Source: Clostridia bacterium
Lineage (GTDB): Bacteria; Bacillota; Clostridia; Oscillospirales; Acutalibacteraceae
Direction: 5' to 3'
Assembly (NCBI GenBank): GCA_029098305.1
Contig: JAQXOB010000047.1
Span: 5,101 to 69,100, forward strand
DNA: 64,000 nucleotides
In this document: piece after piece, positions 26,293 through 37,900 of the stretch
Layout of the letters: every line of letters begins with the position of its first letter
Numbering within the stretch: position 1 is the first letter of the stretch
Translations under genes and position numbers: made by a program
The notes under the pieces: generated by a model
What the model saw: only the letters and a program-made list of their open reading frames with translations
What the model was told of the DNA's origin: nothing
Database searches by the model: none

Positions 26293-26523
26293 ATGCTTGA
26301 TAAATTAGCACTTACATTATTGATCATCGGTGGTATCAACTGGGGATCAGTAGGTATATTTCAATTTGATCTTGTAGCATGGATATGCGGTGGTCAAACA
26401 GGCATTGTAAGCAGAATAATCTACACTCTTGTTGGATTGGCTGCTATCTGGTGTATTTCTCTTCTATTTAGAGATACAAGCGATGAACATGTCGATCGAC
26501 TTGAAACAGGAAGTACAATGTAA
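26293..26523 (+). CDS. DUF378 family membrane protein
   Basis: GGAGG SD upstream. LALTLLIIGGINWGSVGIFQFDLVAWI is the DUF378 signature. Confidence 0.8.
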   Translation: MLDKLALTLLIIGGINWGSVGIFQFDLVAWICGGQTGIVSRIIYTLVGLAAIWCISLLFRDTSDEHVDRLETGSTM

Positions 26524-26557
26524 ACTATTTGCAATTAATTTTTTCCAATAATTAAAA

Positions 26558-26600
26558 GAACGCTCTGTGATAAAATATGTGTCGCAGAGTGTTCCTTTTT
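26558..26600 (+). terminator. Rho-independent terminator
   Basis: gaacgctctgtga / tcgcagagtgttc 13-bp stem (2 G-U pairs) followed by CTTTTTT. Confidence 0.7.
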
Positions 26601-26844
26601 TCAGTGAATATTCTTTGTCTTCATTTCATATGCTGTTAAGGCACATTAATAAAAATGGTTTTGTAGCAAATTTTAAGGAAAAAATATGTAATATATTATC
26701 AATATACATTAAGATTTTCACCTAAATTAAGAATAATTTTATTAACAATTCCGTATTTTTGAAAAAATATTATTTTTTCTTTACATGGCAATTTTATTGG
26801 TGTATTATATATCTGTTATATTGTGAAATTGAGAGGCGATATGC

Positions 26845-28629
26845 TTGAAAAAAGTACGTGGCAACACTTTACCAAAGGAAAAGCAATCCGGTGATAAGGA
26901 TAAAAATGATATTAATTCCAACCCCAAGCTGGGTAAAAAAAAGATAATAATATTAAGTATTTGTTCGGTAATTGCAATAATAATAGCTATACTTCTGATA
27001 ACATTTACACAATTGCAAAACAATCCATATGTTGATGGCAAAACAAACTCTACAAGTTCTGAAGTAGACTTTTATAGTGAGCTTAGTAAGACTGATCTTT
27101 CCAAAATCAATATAACCGATAAGTCAAAAAGCTTTGTTAAAGGAATTAAAATTTCCGGTTATGACTTGAGCAGTAAGACATACAACGAGGTTTATTCACA
27201 TTTTGAAGCTAATATAAAAGACTTTGTGGAAGATATTGCATACATAATCGACTGTGAGGGCACAAAGAAAACCCTTACAAAAGAGGATTTTGTCTTTAAT
27301 GCCGATTATGCTTCTGTAGTAGATAAAGCATATGCTATCAGCACACTTGCCAGAAGTCTGCAAATAACTCAGCTTCCAAAAGACACAGATTTGGAGCTGA
27401 AATATGAGATGGAAGAAGAATCTATCTCTATGGCAATTGATAAAGTCGCTGAGCTTGTCGACGATGAAGCAACAGGCGTGGAGCTTGTTTCTTTTGATCC
27501 TTCTGCATCCGAAGGCAAACAATTCGTGTTTAAGGACAACGGCGGAGGAAAAGCCCTCGATAGGGAAGATGCTATAGCGAAGCTTACAAAGCTTATAAAA
27601 TCCGGAGAGAAGGAAGGCACAGTATCGTGCGTAAAATCTGTTCCCGAAGGCGGACTTATAGCCAATGACCTCAATCAGAAGATGAAGCTTATATCTACCT
27701 TTAGCACAACATCAACTAATAATTCTAACGCAAACCATAATATGGAACTTGCATTATCTTCTGTAAACGGAACTCTTTTAAACCCTGGTGATACATTCTC
27801 TTTTAATGCTTGTACAGGTGATAGTAACCTCACATCATTAGGTTATCTACCTGCAGGTGTAATAATGAACGGAAGAAGTGCTGTTGGTATTGGCGGTGGT
27901 ATATGCCAAGCTTCCACAACTATTTATAATGCCGGTCTGCGTGCAGGCCTTACAATAGTCGAGAGATATGCTCACGCATGGCCTTCAACATATGCACAGC
28001 AGGGTCTTGATGCTACAATCGACTATCCTAATCTTGACCTAAAAATGAAGAACAATAGCAGTTACCCTGTATATATAAACTGTTATATGTCAGGTGTTAC
28101 TCTCACTTGCAATATGTATAGTGTACCATCCACTGAATGGGATGAAATCACCTGTGATTCTTGGACCTCCGGTTATGGCGCCGGAGGTAGCTGGACAGTA
28201 GCCGCTTCAAGAACATTTTGGTTAAATGGCAAAGAAGTGAAGACCGAGGCACTGAAATCCTCCAGCTACTGTTATCCATCATCCTCGTCAGAGGATGACG
28301 ATGAAAGCTCATCATCAAAATCCTCTTCTAAGAAATCATCCAGCTCAAAACCAAATTCCAGCTCGGAAAGCAGTTCTGATTTAACATCTTCTGCCACATC
28401 ATCGGTAGATGTGCCCGTAAGCTCAGTGCCTGATAGTGATACATCTTCTATCGTTGATATCACCAGCGATCCTATCTCATTTGAGAGCGATGTGCCAATC
28501 ACATCATCAGAAGAGCCAATTACAAACAGTAGCAGGCCTACAGGAAACAGTTCAGATACAAACTCAGACATAAATTCAGATACTAGTTCAAACACCAGTT
28601 CAAGTAATACAAGCGCTGATGCACCATAA
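26845..28629 (+). CDS. VanW-family protein with N-terminal TM and Ser-rich C-terminal tail
   Basis: TTG start after GAGAGG. GGGICQASTTIYNAGLRAGLTIVERYAHAW is the VanW domain core. The C-terminal ~120 aa are low-complexity Ser/Asp/Thr. Confidence 0.85.
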   Translation: MKKVRGNTLPKEKQSGDKDKNDINSNPKLGKKKIIILSICSVIAIIIAILLITFTQLQNNPYVDGKTNSTSSEVDFYSELSKTDLSKINITDKSKSFVKGIKISGYDLSSKTYNEVYSHFEANIKDFVEDIAYIIDCEGTKKTLTKEDFVFNADYASVVDKAYAISTLARSLQITQLPKDTDLELKYEMEEESISMAIDKVAELVDDEATGVELVSFDPSASEGKQFVFKDNGGGKALDREDAIAKLTKLIKSGEKEGTVSCVKSVPEGGLIANDLNQKMKLISTFSTTSTNNSNANHNMELALSSVNGTLLNPGDTFSFNACTGDSNLTSLGYLPAGVIMNGRSAVGIGGGICQASTTIYNAGLRAGLTIVERYAHAWPSTYAQQGLDATIDYPNLDLKMKNNSSYPVYINCYMSGVTLTCNMYSVPSTEWDEITCDSWTSGYGAGGSWTVAASRTFWLNGKEVKTEALKSSSYCYPSSSSEDDDESSSSKSSSKKSSSSKPNSSSESSSDLTSSATSSVDVPVSSVPDSDTSSIVDITSDPISFESDVPITSSEEPITNSSRPTGNSSDTNSDINSDTSSNTSSSNTSADAP

Positions 28630-28645
28630 AGCAGTAAAAACATTC

Positions 28646-28682
28646 ATACCCACGTAGGATCAATTTCCTGCGTGGGTATTTG
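28646..28682. terminator. Hairpin between convergent genes
   Basis: atacccacg / cgtgggtat 9-bp stem. Confidence 0.55.
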
Positions 28683-29690
28683 TTAGTTGTTTTCTATTTT
28701 TGATTGAGATTCTGAGTAAAACTCCTTTGTTTCGCTATTTCTTATCACTGTAGATTGATGTTCGCTTAGCAATTTTGTCAGTGAATATAGGTTTATCCAT
28801 ATTTCATTGTTTCCCTCTTTTTGACTTTCATCAAAAATGAGTTGCACGCCAAAATGCAGATGACTGCTCTCTATGCCGTTTGTATTTTCGGTAGAGCTAT
28901 AGCCCGTTCTTCCTACATAACCTATCACATCACCTGCATTAACTTTTTTCCCTTCAAATAAATCACAGTGATATGGTCTGTTTTGACGCAAATGAGCATA
29001 GTAATAGTATCTTTTGCTGTCATTGCTCCTTATTCCAACTCTCCATCCTCCATACTGGTTCCATCCCAACACCTCTACAACACCTGATTCTATGGCAATA
29101 ACAGGAGTGCCGGTGAGTGCCATAAGATCATGTCCCAAATGCTGTCTCTTATAACCATATGTTCGTGATGCACCAAAATCGTCATAATCACTATAATAGA
29201 ATCCCGATGCAATAGGCGAATAAACCTTTAGTCCATATGTACCATCTTCTTTTTCACCTAAATACTCAGCTAATACTGACGAATATACCTCCCGATAGTA
29301 TCTATAATATTTCATAGAGCGTGTTATATCGCTCATTTTTTCGCCTTTGTTTAGTGAATCTATTACTTTATCAAGGTCGCCGGAGCGATATTTAGAAAAA
29401 TCACCTCCATATTTTGCACCCAAATATGCCAAAAGATCTATCCAGTTTATTTTAATTTCTTGATCATGCGATTCTATATCATATTTCATGGTATCTTTTA
29501 GTGCATTGTAGGTTATGTTAAATTCTGCATACTTTATATAGTCTTTGTTATCATTTGTGGTAAGCCCAAGCATAGCAAATATGGTGCCTACAAAAAGGAA
29601 CGTACAAAAAGCTGAGATTACTCTTCTTTTCAATGTTCTATCACCTCTTCCCTTTTGAATATATGGAGTTAGCGATGTAAAATATTCCAC
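28683..29690 (-). CDS. M23-family metallopeptidase (membrane-anchored)
   Basis: HLGHDL (HxxxD) and SSHLHFGV (HxH) motifs. N-terminal TM. Confidence 0.88.
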   Translation of the reverse strand: MEYFTSLTPYIQKGRGDRTLKRRVISAFCTFLFVGTIFAMLGLTTNDNKDYIKYAEFNITYNALKDTMKYDIESHDQEIKINWIDLLAYLGAKYGGDFSKYRSGDLDKVIDSLNKGEKMSDITRSMKYYRYYREVYSSVLAEYLGEKEDGTYGLKVYSPIASGFYYSDYDDFGASRTYGYKRQHLGHDLMALTGTPVIAIESGVVEVLGWNQYGGWRVGIRSNDSKRYYYYAHLRQNRPYHCDLFEGKKVNAGDVIGYVGRTGYSSTENTNGIESSHLHFGVQLIFDESQKEGNNEIWINLYSLTKLLSEHQSTVIRNSETKEFYSESQSKIENN

Positions 29691-29771
29691 AAAAATGATG
29701 ACAACCCTATTTTTTTATGATATAATATTTTGATAAAAGGTAATTATACTTTTACTAAGAAGGTTAAAAAA

Positions 29772-30128
29772 ATGTTAATTAATCCACTTGTTTTGCTTAT
29801 CACAACTGCCTTTATTGTGCTAATAATAATGTATTGCATTGTGAAAAAACCAGATTTTCCATTGCTCACGTTATCGTCTATGCTAATGTTTGGTTCATAT
29901 GTTTTTTTTGCATATTCAATCAATAGTTTAATGTATTCTAAAGACTATGTGTTAAGCGATAATTCTGCATACACAATTATAAAAATCATTACTACTGTTT
30001 ATGATTTTTCTTATACAAAGTTGGAATCAGCCTTTTCTCAATATATGATTATTATGATGATACTTGCTGTATTGAGCATTATTTCAATTTGTATTGACAT
30101 CAATAGAATATTCTTTAAAAACAAATAA
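29772..30128 (+). CDS. Hypothetical membrane protein
   Basis: Four hydrophobic segments. GAAGG SD lies 8 nt before ATG 29772. The ORF track extends to the TTG at 29730. Confidence 0.5.
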   Translation: MLINPLVLLITTAFIVLIIMYCIVKKPDFPLLTLSSMLMFGSYVFFAYSINSLMYSKDYVLSDNSAYTIIKIITTVYDFSYTKLESAFSQYMIIMMILAVLSIISICIDINRIFFKNK

Positions 30129-30144
30129 TTAAGGGACAAAATAA

Positions 30145-31083
30145 ATGAAAATTATAAATAAAATTACTTCATTGGGCTCGCCAACTTCTATCGCCTTAGG
30201 TTTTTTTGATGGCGTTCATCTGGGACATCAAAAGGTGATAACCTCTGCAATAAACTATGCAAAAGAAAATGATTTGAAGTCGGTTGTCCTGACGTTTGAC
30301 AAAAGTCCATCTATATTTTTAAATCTGCCTGAAAAAGAGCTTATCACTGAAAATCAGGAAAAATGTGAACTTTTTGAACAGCTTGGCATTGATGCCACCT
30401 ATCTGTTACCATTTGAGGAGCTGATTGATCTTTCTCCCGAAGATTTTGTAAAAAAGATTTTGATAAAAACTCTAAACGTAAAGCATATCTTTTGCGGATT
30501 TAACTATCGTTTTGGAAAAGATGGCAAAGGCACCTGCGAAGACCTTGCAAGAATCTGCGATGAAAGTGGAATAGGTCTCACAATCGTATCACCGGTGTCG
30601 TATGATGGCGAGATAATAAGTTCATCTCGAATCAGAGTATCGCTCGAAAAAGGCGATATCATATCAGCCAATGCAATGCTTGGCCATCCCGCAGCAATAG
30701 ATGCCAGAGTTAATACAGGCAGAAAACTAGGAAAACATCTCGGCTTTCCCACTGTAAATCAAAATATGTCAAAAAGTCATGTTTTGCCACTATTTGGCGT
30801 TTATGCTTCGGTTTTAGTTTACAAAGACAAAAAATATCCTGCAATTACAAACATCGGTATCAAGCCGACTGTGGGCGCAGATAGTCCGGTAGCAGAGACA
30901 TGGGCATTTGATGCTGATTTGGGTAGCCTTTACAACAAACGAGTGCTTGTTCAGCTAATAGACTTTGTGCGAATGGAGAAGAAATTTTCTAACCTAGACG
31001 AACTTAAAGATAATGTTTTAAGCGACACAGAAAAAGTCAAAAAAATGTTTAAAGAAAAATATTATCAATATATAGAGGATTAA
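30145..31083 (+). CDS. ribF: Bifunctional riboflavin kinase / FMN adenylyltransferase
   Basis: ALGFFDGVHLGHQKVI N-terminal nucleotidyltransferase motif. C-terminal riboflavin kinase segment (GFPTVN...GVYA...NIG.KPT). Confidence 0.92.
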   Translation: MKIINKITSLGSPTSIALGFFDGVHLGHQKVITSAINYAKENDLKSVVLTFDKSPSIFLNLPEKELITENQEKCELFEQLGIDATYLLPFEELIDLSPEDFVKKILIKTLNVKHIFCGFNYRFGKDGKGTCEDLARICDESGIGLTIVSPVSYDGEIISSSRIRVSLEKGDIISANAMLGHPAAIDARVNTGRKLGKHLGFPTVNQNMSKSHVLPLFGVYASVLVYKDKKYPAITNIGIKPTVGADSPVAETWAFDADLGSLYNKRVLVQLIDFVRMEKKFSNLDELKDNVLSDTEKVKKMFKEKYYQYIED

Positions 31084-31087
31084 AATT

Positions 31088-32770
31088 ATGACTATAAAAA
31101 ACAGAGATAAAGAAACAGTAAAATGGATTATGGCGGTCAGTAAAAAGTTTCTGCCGCATATGGTTATTCTAACTATAATCACTATGATTTCCTCTTGTTT
31201 TGGCGCAATATTTGCATTGTTATCAAAAAACTTTATAAACGCCGCTACAGCAAGAGACAAAAACGAGATGATTATGACATTTATAGAAATTGTGTCATTG
31301 GTACTGATACTTCTTTTGATAAGGATAGTAATAATGTACCTTCGTGATTACATATCATCTCGACTTGAAATAACGTATAAAACCTATATGTTTGATAAGA
31401 TTATAAGAAAAAAATATGCATTAATTTCACCTTATCATAGTGGTGATCTTTTAAACAGAATAACAAGTGACATTAGTGTTGCGTCCGGAACTGTGGCCAC
31501 CTTTATACCATCGGTTGGCGCATTAATAACGCAAATGGTGTCTGCTTTAATCGTTATCTATTCTATAGATTCCACATTTGCTATTGTTTTTGTTGTAGGT
31601 GGTATATTAGTATTCTTTTTAAGCAGAATATTCAAAAATTATTCTAAAAAGCTTTATAAACAAGGACAAGAAACAGAGGGTAAAACACGCTCTTTTATAC
31701 AAGAAGCAATAGAAAATATGCTTGTAATAAAAGTTTTTGCAGGCGAAGATAAGATAACTAAGAAAGCTGGAGATTTTCAAGAAGAAAACTATAAAATAAA
31801 AGTTAAACGTCGCTATCTGGGAATATTCAGAAGGATCAGCATGAATCTTTTGATGCAAGGTGGATTTATCTATGCACTCACATGGGGTGTAATCGGAATA
31901 TATAATGGCATGGACTATGGTACAGTGATTGCACTCACACAGCTTGTGGGTCAGGTTCAAACGCCTTTCTCTGGTCTTTCTTCTTTGGTGTCAAGCTGGT
32001 TTAATCTGTCAGCATCTGTAGAAAGAATACTCGATATATGCAACCTAAGTGAAGAAAACATAGATGGCAAGCTGATGACTAAAGAGGACGTAACAAAAAT
32101 CTATAACGATCTTGATAGAATTGAATTTAAAAATATCTCTTTCAAATACGATAGAAACAGTATATTTGAAAATGCCAATCTCACAATCAACAAAGGCGAT
32201 TTTGTTACAATAATGGGAATATCAGGAATTGGTAAAAGCACCTTGATGAAGTTGCTCTTAGGAGTTTATGATAGCGAAGGTGAAATTAAATTTAAGCTAA
32301 AAAACAAAGACTTAGATGCAAACTACTACACAAGACCTCTCTTCTCATATGTGCCTCAGGGCAATATGCTGTTATCAGGTACGATAAGAGAAAATATTGT
32401 TTTCACAAGTGAAAATATCACCGAAGATGATATTAACGAAGCTGTACGTCTTAGTTGCGCAGACGACTTTATCAAAGACTTTCCTCAAGGTCTTGATACC
32501 GTAATCGGTGAAAAAGGCACCGGACTCTCTGAAGGTCAAACCCAGCGAATTGCAATCGCACGTGCGCTTGTCACCAAGGCACCGATAATCCTTCTTGACG
32601 AAGCCACATCAGCACTAGATGAATACACAGAGGATAAGCTTCTCAAAAACCTGAAAAATCTCAACAACATGACTTGTATAATAATAAGCCACAAGAGAGC
32701 CGCGCTAGACATCTGCAATAGACACATAGCCATAGAAGATAAGAAAATTGTTGAGGTCGAGGATAAATGA
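31088..32770 (+). CDS. ABC transporter, fused permease/ATPase (exporter type)
   Basis: Six-TM N-terminal half. Walker A GISGIGKST, signature LSEGQTQRIAIARAL and Walker B ILLDEATSALD. No N-terminal C39 peptidase domain. Confidence 0.9.
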   Translation: MTIKNRDKETVKWIMAVSKKFLPHMVILTIITMISSCFGAIFALLSKNFINAATARDKNEMIMTFIEIVSLVLILLLIRIVIMYLRDYISSRLEITYKTYMFDKIIRKKYALISPYHSGDLLNRITSDISVASGTVATFIPSVGALITQMVSALIVIYSIDSTFAIVFVVGGILVFFLSRIFKNYSKKLYKQGQETEGKTRSFIQEAIENMLVIKVFAGEDKITKKAGDFQEENYKIKVKRRYLGIFRRISMNLLMQGGFIYALTWGVIGIYNGMDYGTVIALTQLVGQVQTPFSGLSSLVSSWFNLSASVERILDICNLSEENIDGKLMTKEDVTKIYNDLDRIEFKNISFKYDRNSIFENANLTINKGDFVTIMGISGIGKSTLMKLLLGVYDSEGEIKFKLKNKDLDANYYTRPLFSYVPQGNMLLSGTIRENIVFTSENITEDDINEAVRLSCADDFIKDFPQGLDTVIGEKGTGLSEGQTQRIAIARALVTKAPIILLDEATSALDEYTEDKLLKNLKNLNNMTCIIISHKRAALDICNRHIAIEDKKIVEVEDK

Positions 32771-33909
32771 ATCTTTATGAAGAAGTAAAAGGATATCTTA
32801 CTGATATATTGCCAATTAGAGATAAAATTCACTCTAATCCGGAATTAAGCTTTGAAGAACATAATACTACAAAAACAATTAAAGATTTTCTCTTAAATCT
32901 CGGTATTGAAGTAATAGATATCGGCATCAAAACCGGTGTAGTGGGTGTGTTACGTTGTAAAAGCAAGAATTCTAAAACCGTTGCTCTGCGTGCTGATATA
33001 GATGCTATTGCCACAGATAACGGTGCTATGCATTTATGTGGACATGACTATCATACTTCTGCACTTTTGTGTTGTGCTAAATACGCATCACAGAATATTG
33101 ACAGATTAAAAAATAATGCTATATTCATCTTTCAGCCGGCAGAAGAAACCACCACTGGTGCTAAATATCTCATAAACAATGGTCTTTGGGATAAGTTTCC
33201 ATTTGCACCTGATATGATATTCGGCATACATAATCGTCCGGAGATGGCAGATGGTACTGTGCGAGTGCAAAGCGGGCCATTGATGTCATCTAAAAGCGAT
33301 TTTACAATCACGGTGAAGGGAAAGACCGGTCATAGCGGTTCGCCACATCAGTGTATAGACCCTATCACTGCCAGCGCAAGCATAGTGCAGGCAGTGCAAA
33401 CTATAATTAGTAGAAATACTGATCCTTTTCAGCCATGTGTATGTGCCATATGCTCAATACACGGTGGCTCTCCTGCAAACTTTGCTCCTGAAAGCGTAAC
33501 AATGACCGGAAGCATACGCTCGCTTGACAGGGATGCTCATATTAATTGTGAAAGAAGACTTAGGGAAATTGTAATCAATACTTGCAACGCTTATGCTTGC
33601 ACTTGCGATATTGATATAGTATCACTTGTGCCGGTGCTAAATAACACAGAATTGATGACAGAAAAGGCTTTGAAAATAGCTCAAAACGCTGTATCAGATG
33701 ATAAAATTGTGACCACTACCCCATGCATGGGCAGTGAAGATTTTTCAGTATATGGCGAGCATATTCCGTATTATTTTTATTGGATAGGCAGTGGTAAGGC
33801 AGGATGTGATAATGCACCTTGGCATAGTGCTGACTTTTCAATTGGAGAAGAATTTTTGCCCACGGCTTCTTCTATATTTGTGAGCGCCTTGATGACAGAG
33901 CTTAATTAA
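32767..33909 (+). CDS. M20-family amidohydrolase (N-acyl-amino-acid amidohydrolase type)
   Basis: HLCGHDYHTSALL, FIFQPAEE and HNRP motifs. Start overlaps the ABC stop (ATGA). Confidence 0.85.
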   Translation: MNLYEEVKGYLTDILPIRDKIHSNPELSFEEHNTTKTIKDFLLNLGIEVIDIGIKTGVVGVLRCKSKNSKTVALRADIDAIATDNGAMHLCGHDYHTSALLCCAKYASQNIDRLKNNAIFIFQPAEETTTGAKYLINNGLWDKFPFAPDMIFGIHNRPEMADGTVRVQSGPLMSSKSDFTITVKGKTGHSGSPHQCIDPITASASIVQAVQTIISRNTDPFQPCVCAICSIHGGSPANFAPESVTMTGSIRSLDRDAHINCERRLREIVINTCNAYACTCDIDIVSLVPVLNNTELMTEKALKIAQNAVSDDKIVTTTPCMGSEDFSVYGEHIPYYFYWIGSGKAGCDNAPWHSADFSIGEEFLPTASSIFVSALMTELN

Positions 33910-33930
33910 TAAAAAATTTTTGGTGATCGT

Positions 33931-34815
33931 ATGAAAATATTTACTGTAAATGACTATGTAAAACAAAAGTACGGCAAAAAAATGTATAAGCTTGCGCTTA
34001 GTTGTTCAACCACCTGCCCGAACAGAGATGGAACTATCGGCACAGGTGGTTGTATTTTTTGCCCAAACGGTGCATCTGATGGCTTTGCACAGCCTGCAGA
34101 TATGCCTATATCTGAGCAAATTGAAAAAGCTAAAGCCTTAGTGGAATCAAAAAATAAAGGCGGTGGATATATTGCTTATTTCCAGACCTTTACCAGCACT
34201 CATGCACCGATATCGCATTTACGCAAAGTCTTCTTTGAGACCATAAACAGAAACGATATAGACATACTTTCAATAGCCACACGTCCTGATTGTCTAGGTG
34301 ATGATGTGTTATCTCTGATAGCTGAACTGAACAAAATCAAGCCTGTGTGGGTGGAGCTTGGACTTCAAACTATCCACAAAAAGACCGCAGACTACATAAG
34401 GCGTGGATATGAGCTTGATGTATATAACCATGCAATTAAGAAATTAAAAGACATTGGTGTGCATACAATAGTTCATCTTATAATCGGACTTCCCGGCGAG
34501 AGTGAGCAGGATATGATATCTTCTGCCAAATATGTAGCTCAAAGTGGCGCTGATGGAATCAAGCTTCAGCTTTTGCACATACTAAGAGGATGCGATCTGG
34601 AAAACGAATATAACAACGGCAAAGTGCACGTGCTTGGACTTGAAGAATACACCAATATTCTATGTAAATGCATTGCTGTATTGCCCGAAGATATTGTTAT
34701 ACATCGTCTTACAGGCGATGGCGCCAAATCTCAACTGATAGCTCCACTCTGGAGTGGCGATAAAAAGCGTGTAATGAATTATGTAAACAGAGCGATAGCT
34801 GAATATAATCCTTAA
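33931..34815 (+). CDS. TIGR01212-family radical SAM protein
   Basis: CPNRDGTIGTGGCIFC cluster motif. Length and YFQTFTSTH are typical of the TIGR01212/YhcC family. Confidence 0.85.
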   Translation: MKIFTVNDYVKQKYGKKMYKLALSCSTTCPNRDGTIGTGGCIFCPNGASDGFAQPADMPISEQIEKAKALVESKNKGGGYIAYFQTFTSTHAPISHLRKVFFETINRNDIDILSIATRPDCLGDDVLSLIAELNKIKPVWVELGLQTIHKKTADYIRRGYELDVYNHAIKKLKDIGVHTIVHLIIGLPGESEQDMISSAKYVAQSGADGIKLQLLHILRGCDLENEYNNGKVHVLGLEEYTNILCKCIAVLPEDIVIHRLTGDGAKSQLIAPLWSGDKKRVMNYVNRAIAEYNP

Positions 34816-34844
34816 TACACTTAAAATCCTTACACAACAACATA

Positions 34845-34886
34845 AAAGCGAGTATTTGCAATCAATTAAATGCAAATACTCGCTTT
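34845..34886. terminator. Bidirectional terminator (perfect 16-bp stem)
   Basis: aaagcgagtatttgca / tgcaaatactcgcttt with a 10-nt loop. Lies between the convergent radical SAM gene and giant gene 1. Confidence 0.8.
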
Positions 34887-34999
34887 CTATTTATTGTTTT
34901 TTTATGTACATATTAAAATGTACCTTTTGGCAAAAAACTATTTGCTTTTTCTCTATCCTTACTTCCTTTTGAAAAAAGGAAGCAAGGAATAGAAAGTAA

Positions 35000-37900
35000 T
35001 CATGGATAGTTTCCACCGTTTATTGGGCCATTAGTTGCAGGGAAGGTCTTGTCGTCAATGACTTCGTCATTTAAGATAGCATTTATATATCTCTCCAAAT
35101 ACTCACTCTGAGCTACTGCGCTGGAGTTGTGGGTGAGAATATAGTCTGCCACGTTCTTGAGGTTAGCTTTGTAGCCATATCCACAAGCCTTAGAACCTGT
35201 TTCTGTTACGTAATGATAACGCTCTATGCCACTAGCATCAGTGTAATTAACGTATGTTCTAGCAGCAAAGTCTGTGGAATAATCCGGAACCGCGATGTTA
35301 TTGATAACGGTTGAGAATACGTTGTAATTTGTACCTGCATAAAGCTTGTTTACAGCAGGTGACTTAATAACTTCATATTTGCCGTTAGCATCCGGAACGC
35401 ATCTTTCTGCCACAAGACCGCCATTCTCTGCTACATCTGCGTATGCAAGCAAATGACCATAGGTTACTGTTGTTGACGATACAGATTGAAGCTCGTTTAC
35501 AAGTGACTTGTTTATTCTTGATACAAATCTTAAGCCTGTACCACCATATGTAGGTGAATATACAGCTCTGATCTGAACGCCCATAAGTTCAAGTCCGCTA
35601 AGCTCTTTGTTTACATCTCCAAAACGAACAATGGTATCGTTTGGCTCCTGTGTTACTGTGTTTATCTTAGCCCAACCGGCATAAAGAACTGTATCTGAGC
35701 CTAAAACATCATTGATCTTGTAAGCATTATTCTTATCATTGCTCTGAGCTGCGCTTGCTGACTTGTACCAACCTGTAAATACATATCCATCTTTTTGTGG
35801 ATAGATTGGTTTATCGCCACTGTCTTTAAACACTGATGAATTAAGTGTAATGTTATCAGCAGAGTTGCACTCTATATCACTCAAGACAACAGTATTATGT
35901 GTCAATGAATCAACATAAGAAATGCTAGACCCATCAGGATTTTTAAATGAAACAGTGAATACATCTTCTTCCCATACTGCATAAAGAGTTACTGTTCCGT
36001 TGTTAGTAGCTGTGAGATTTGATACAGACTGTTTATCTGTGTAAACAACTTTTGTTGCTGTGCTTGCTGTATCCCATCCTGCGAATGTATAACCAGTCTT
36101 TGTAAATGCGTTGGCTGGGAGTACCTTATATACACCATATGTAAAGCTTTCGTCGCTCATAGTGCCTGAGCCACCATTTGCATCAAACTTTACTGTATAA
36201 GTGTTAGCTGTCCAGATTGCATACAAGGTATGTGCATTTTCATTTGTAACGCTTGTTGAAGATGTTACTGCTGTGCCATCTGTCTTTGCTGTTGACCAGT
36301 TCTTAAATGTATATCCTGTGCGTGTTGGTGTTGGAAGTGTGCCGTAGGTTGAACCATAAGTAACAGCCTTGCTCTGTGCCTCACATGAGCCACCGTTTGC
36401 ATCAAATGAAACTATGATATAACCTTTGGCCATCCACACAGCATAGAGAGTTACTGTTCCATTGTTAGTAGCTGTGAGATTTGATACAGACTGTTTATCT
36501 GTGTAAACAACTTTTGTCGCTGTGCTTGCTGTATCCCATCCTGCGAATGTATATCCAGTCTTTGTAAATGCGTTGGCTGGGAGTACCTTATATACACCAT
36601 ATGTAAAGCTTTCATCGCTCATAGTGCCTGAGCCACCATTTGCATCAAACTTTACTGTGTAGGTATTTGGTGTCCACACTGCATATAGATTTACAGTTGT
36701 ACCATTTGTGTCTGTAAGGTTAGATACAGACTGCTTATCTGTGTAAACAACATTTGTTGCTGTGCTTGCTGTATCCCAGCCTGCGAATGTATAACCAGTC
36801 TTAGTAAATGCATTTTGTGTGAGTGCTTTAGACTCGCCATATGTAAAGCTCTGATTATTCATGGTGCCTGAGCCACCATTTTCGTTAAACTTCACTGTAT
36901 AAGTATGTGCGGTCCAAATTGCATACAATGTATGTGCATTTGCATTTGTTACGATTGTAGTTGATGTCACTGTTGTGCCATTTGTTTTTGCTGTTGACCA
37001 GTTATTAAATGTATATCCTGTGCGTGTTGGTGTAGGAAGTATGCCATAGGTTGAACCATAAGTAACAGCCTTACTCTGGGCCTCACATGAGCCACCATTT
37101 GCATCAAATGTTACAATTATATTGTTTTTAGCTGTCCACACTGCATATAGGTTTACAGTTGCTCCGTTTGTATTTGTAAGATTAGATACAGACTGCTTAT
37201 CTGTGTAGACAACCTTTGTTGCTGTGCTTGCTGTATCCCATCCCGCAAAATTATAACCAGTCTTAGTAAATGCATTTTGTGTAAGTGCTTTAGACTCGCC
37301 ATATGTAAAGCTCTGATTATTCATGGTGCCTGAGCCACCATTTGCATCAAACTTTACTGTATAAGTGATTGGTGTCCAATGGGCATATACGGTAAGATTA
37401 TTAGCATATATCCATTTCTTGTCTGCATTGAAGTAACCTGTGTTTGGTACGCAATAATAATCGGCATCATAAACCTTTGTTCCGCCTGATGTTGCTGTAT
37501 ACCAACCTGCAAAGGTGTAACCATTTCTTGATGGCTTTAAATCACCATTATTAAGAGAATAATAGTTTGTTGTGTTGTATGTCATGGTTACTGATCTTAT
37601 TGTACTATAATTACCACCATTCGGATCAAGTGTAAGGGTGTAAGTTTTTGGTGTCCAATGGGCATATACCTTCAAATCATTATCATATATCCATTTATTC
37701 TCTGAATTGAAGTAAGCTGTGTTTGGCACGCAAATATAATCTTCGCCATAAACTTTTGTTCCTTGTGATGCTACTGCCGTTGTATACCAGCCTGCAAAAG
37801 TGTAACCATTGCGTGATGGCTTATAATCAGCACCTTGAAGAGAATGATACCCTGATGAATTGTATGTCATGGTTACTGATGTTGTTTTACTATAGATACC

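Noticed and set aside
31088-32770. ABC exporter as the dedicated transporter/leader peptidase for the 53-aa peptides
   Set aside because: It has no N-terminal C39 peptidase domain. It is 10-18 kb away on the opposite strand and sits within a housekeeping-looking ribF/M20 operon.
33931-34815. Radical SAM gene as a RiPP maturase for the small peptides or the PqqD locus
   Set aside because: The sequence fits the TIGR01212/YhcC housekeeping-type family. It has no SPASM/twitch extension or RRE domain, and it is separated from the giant genes by a bidirectional terminator in convergent orientation.
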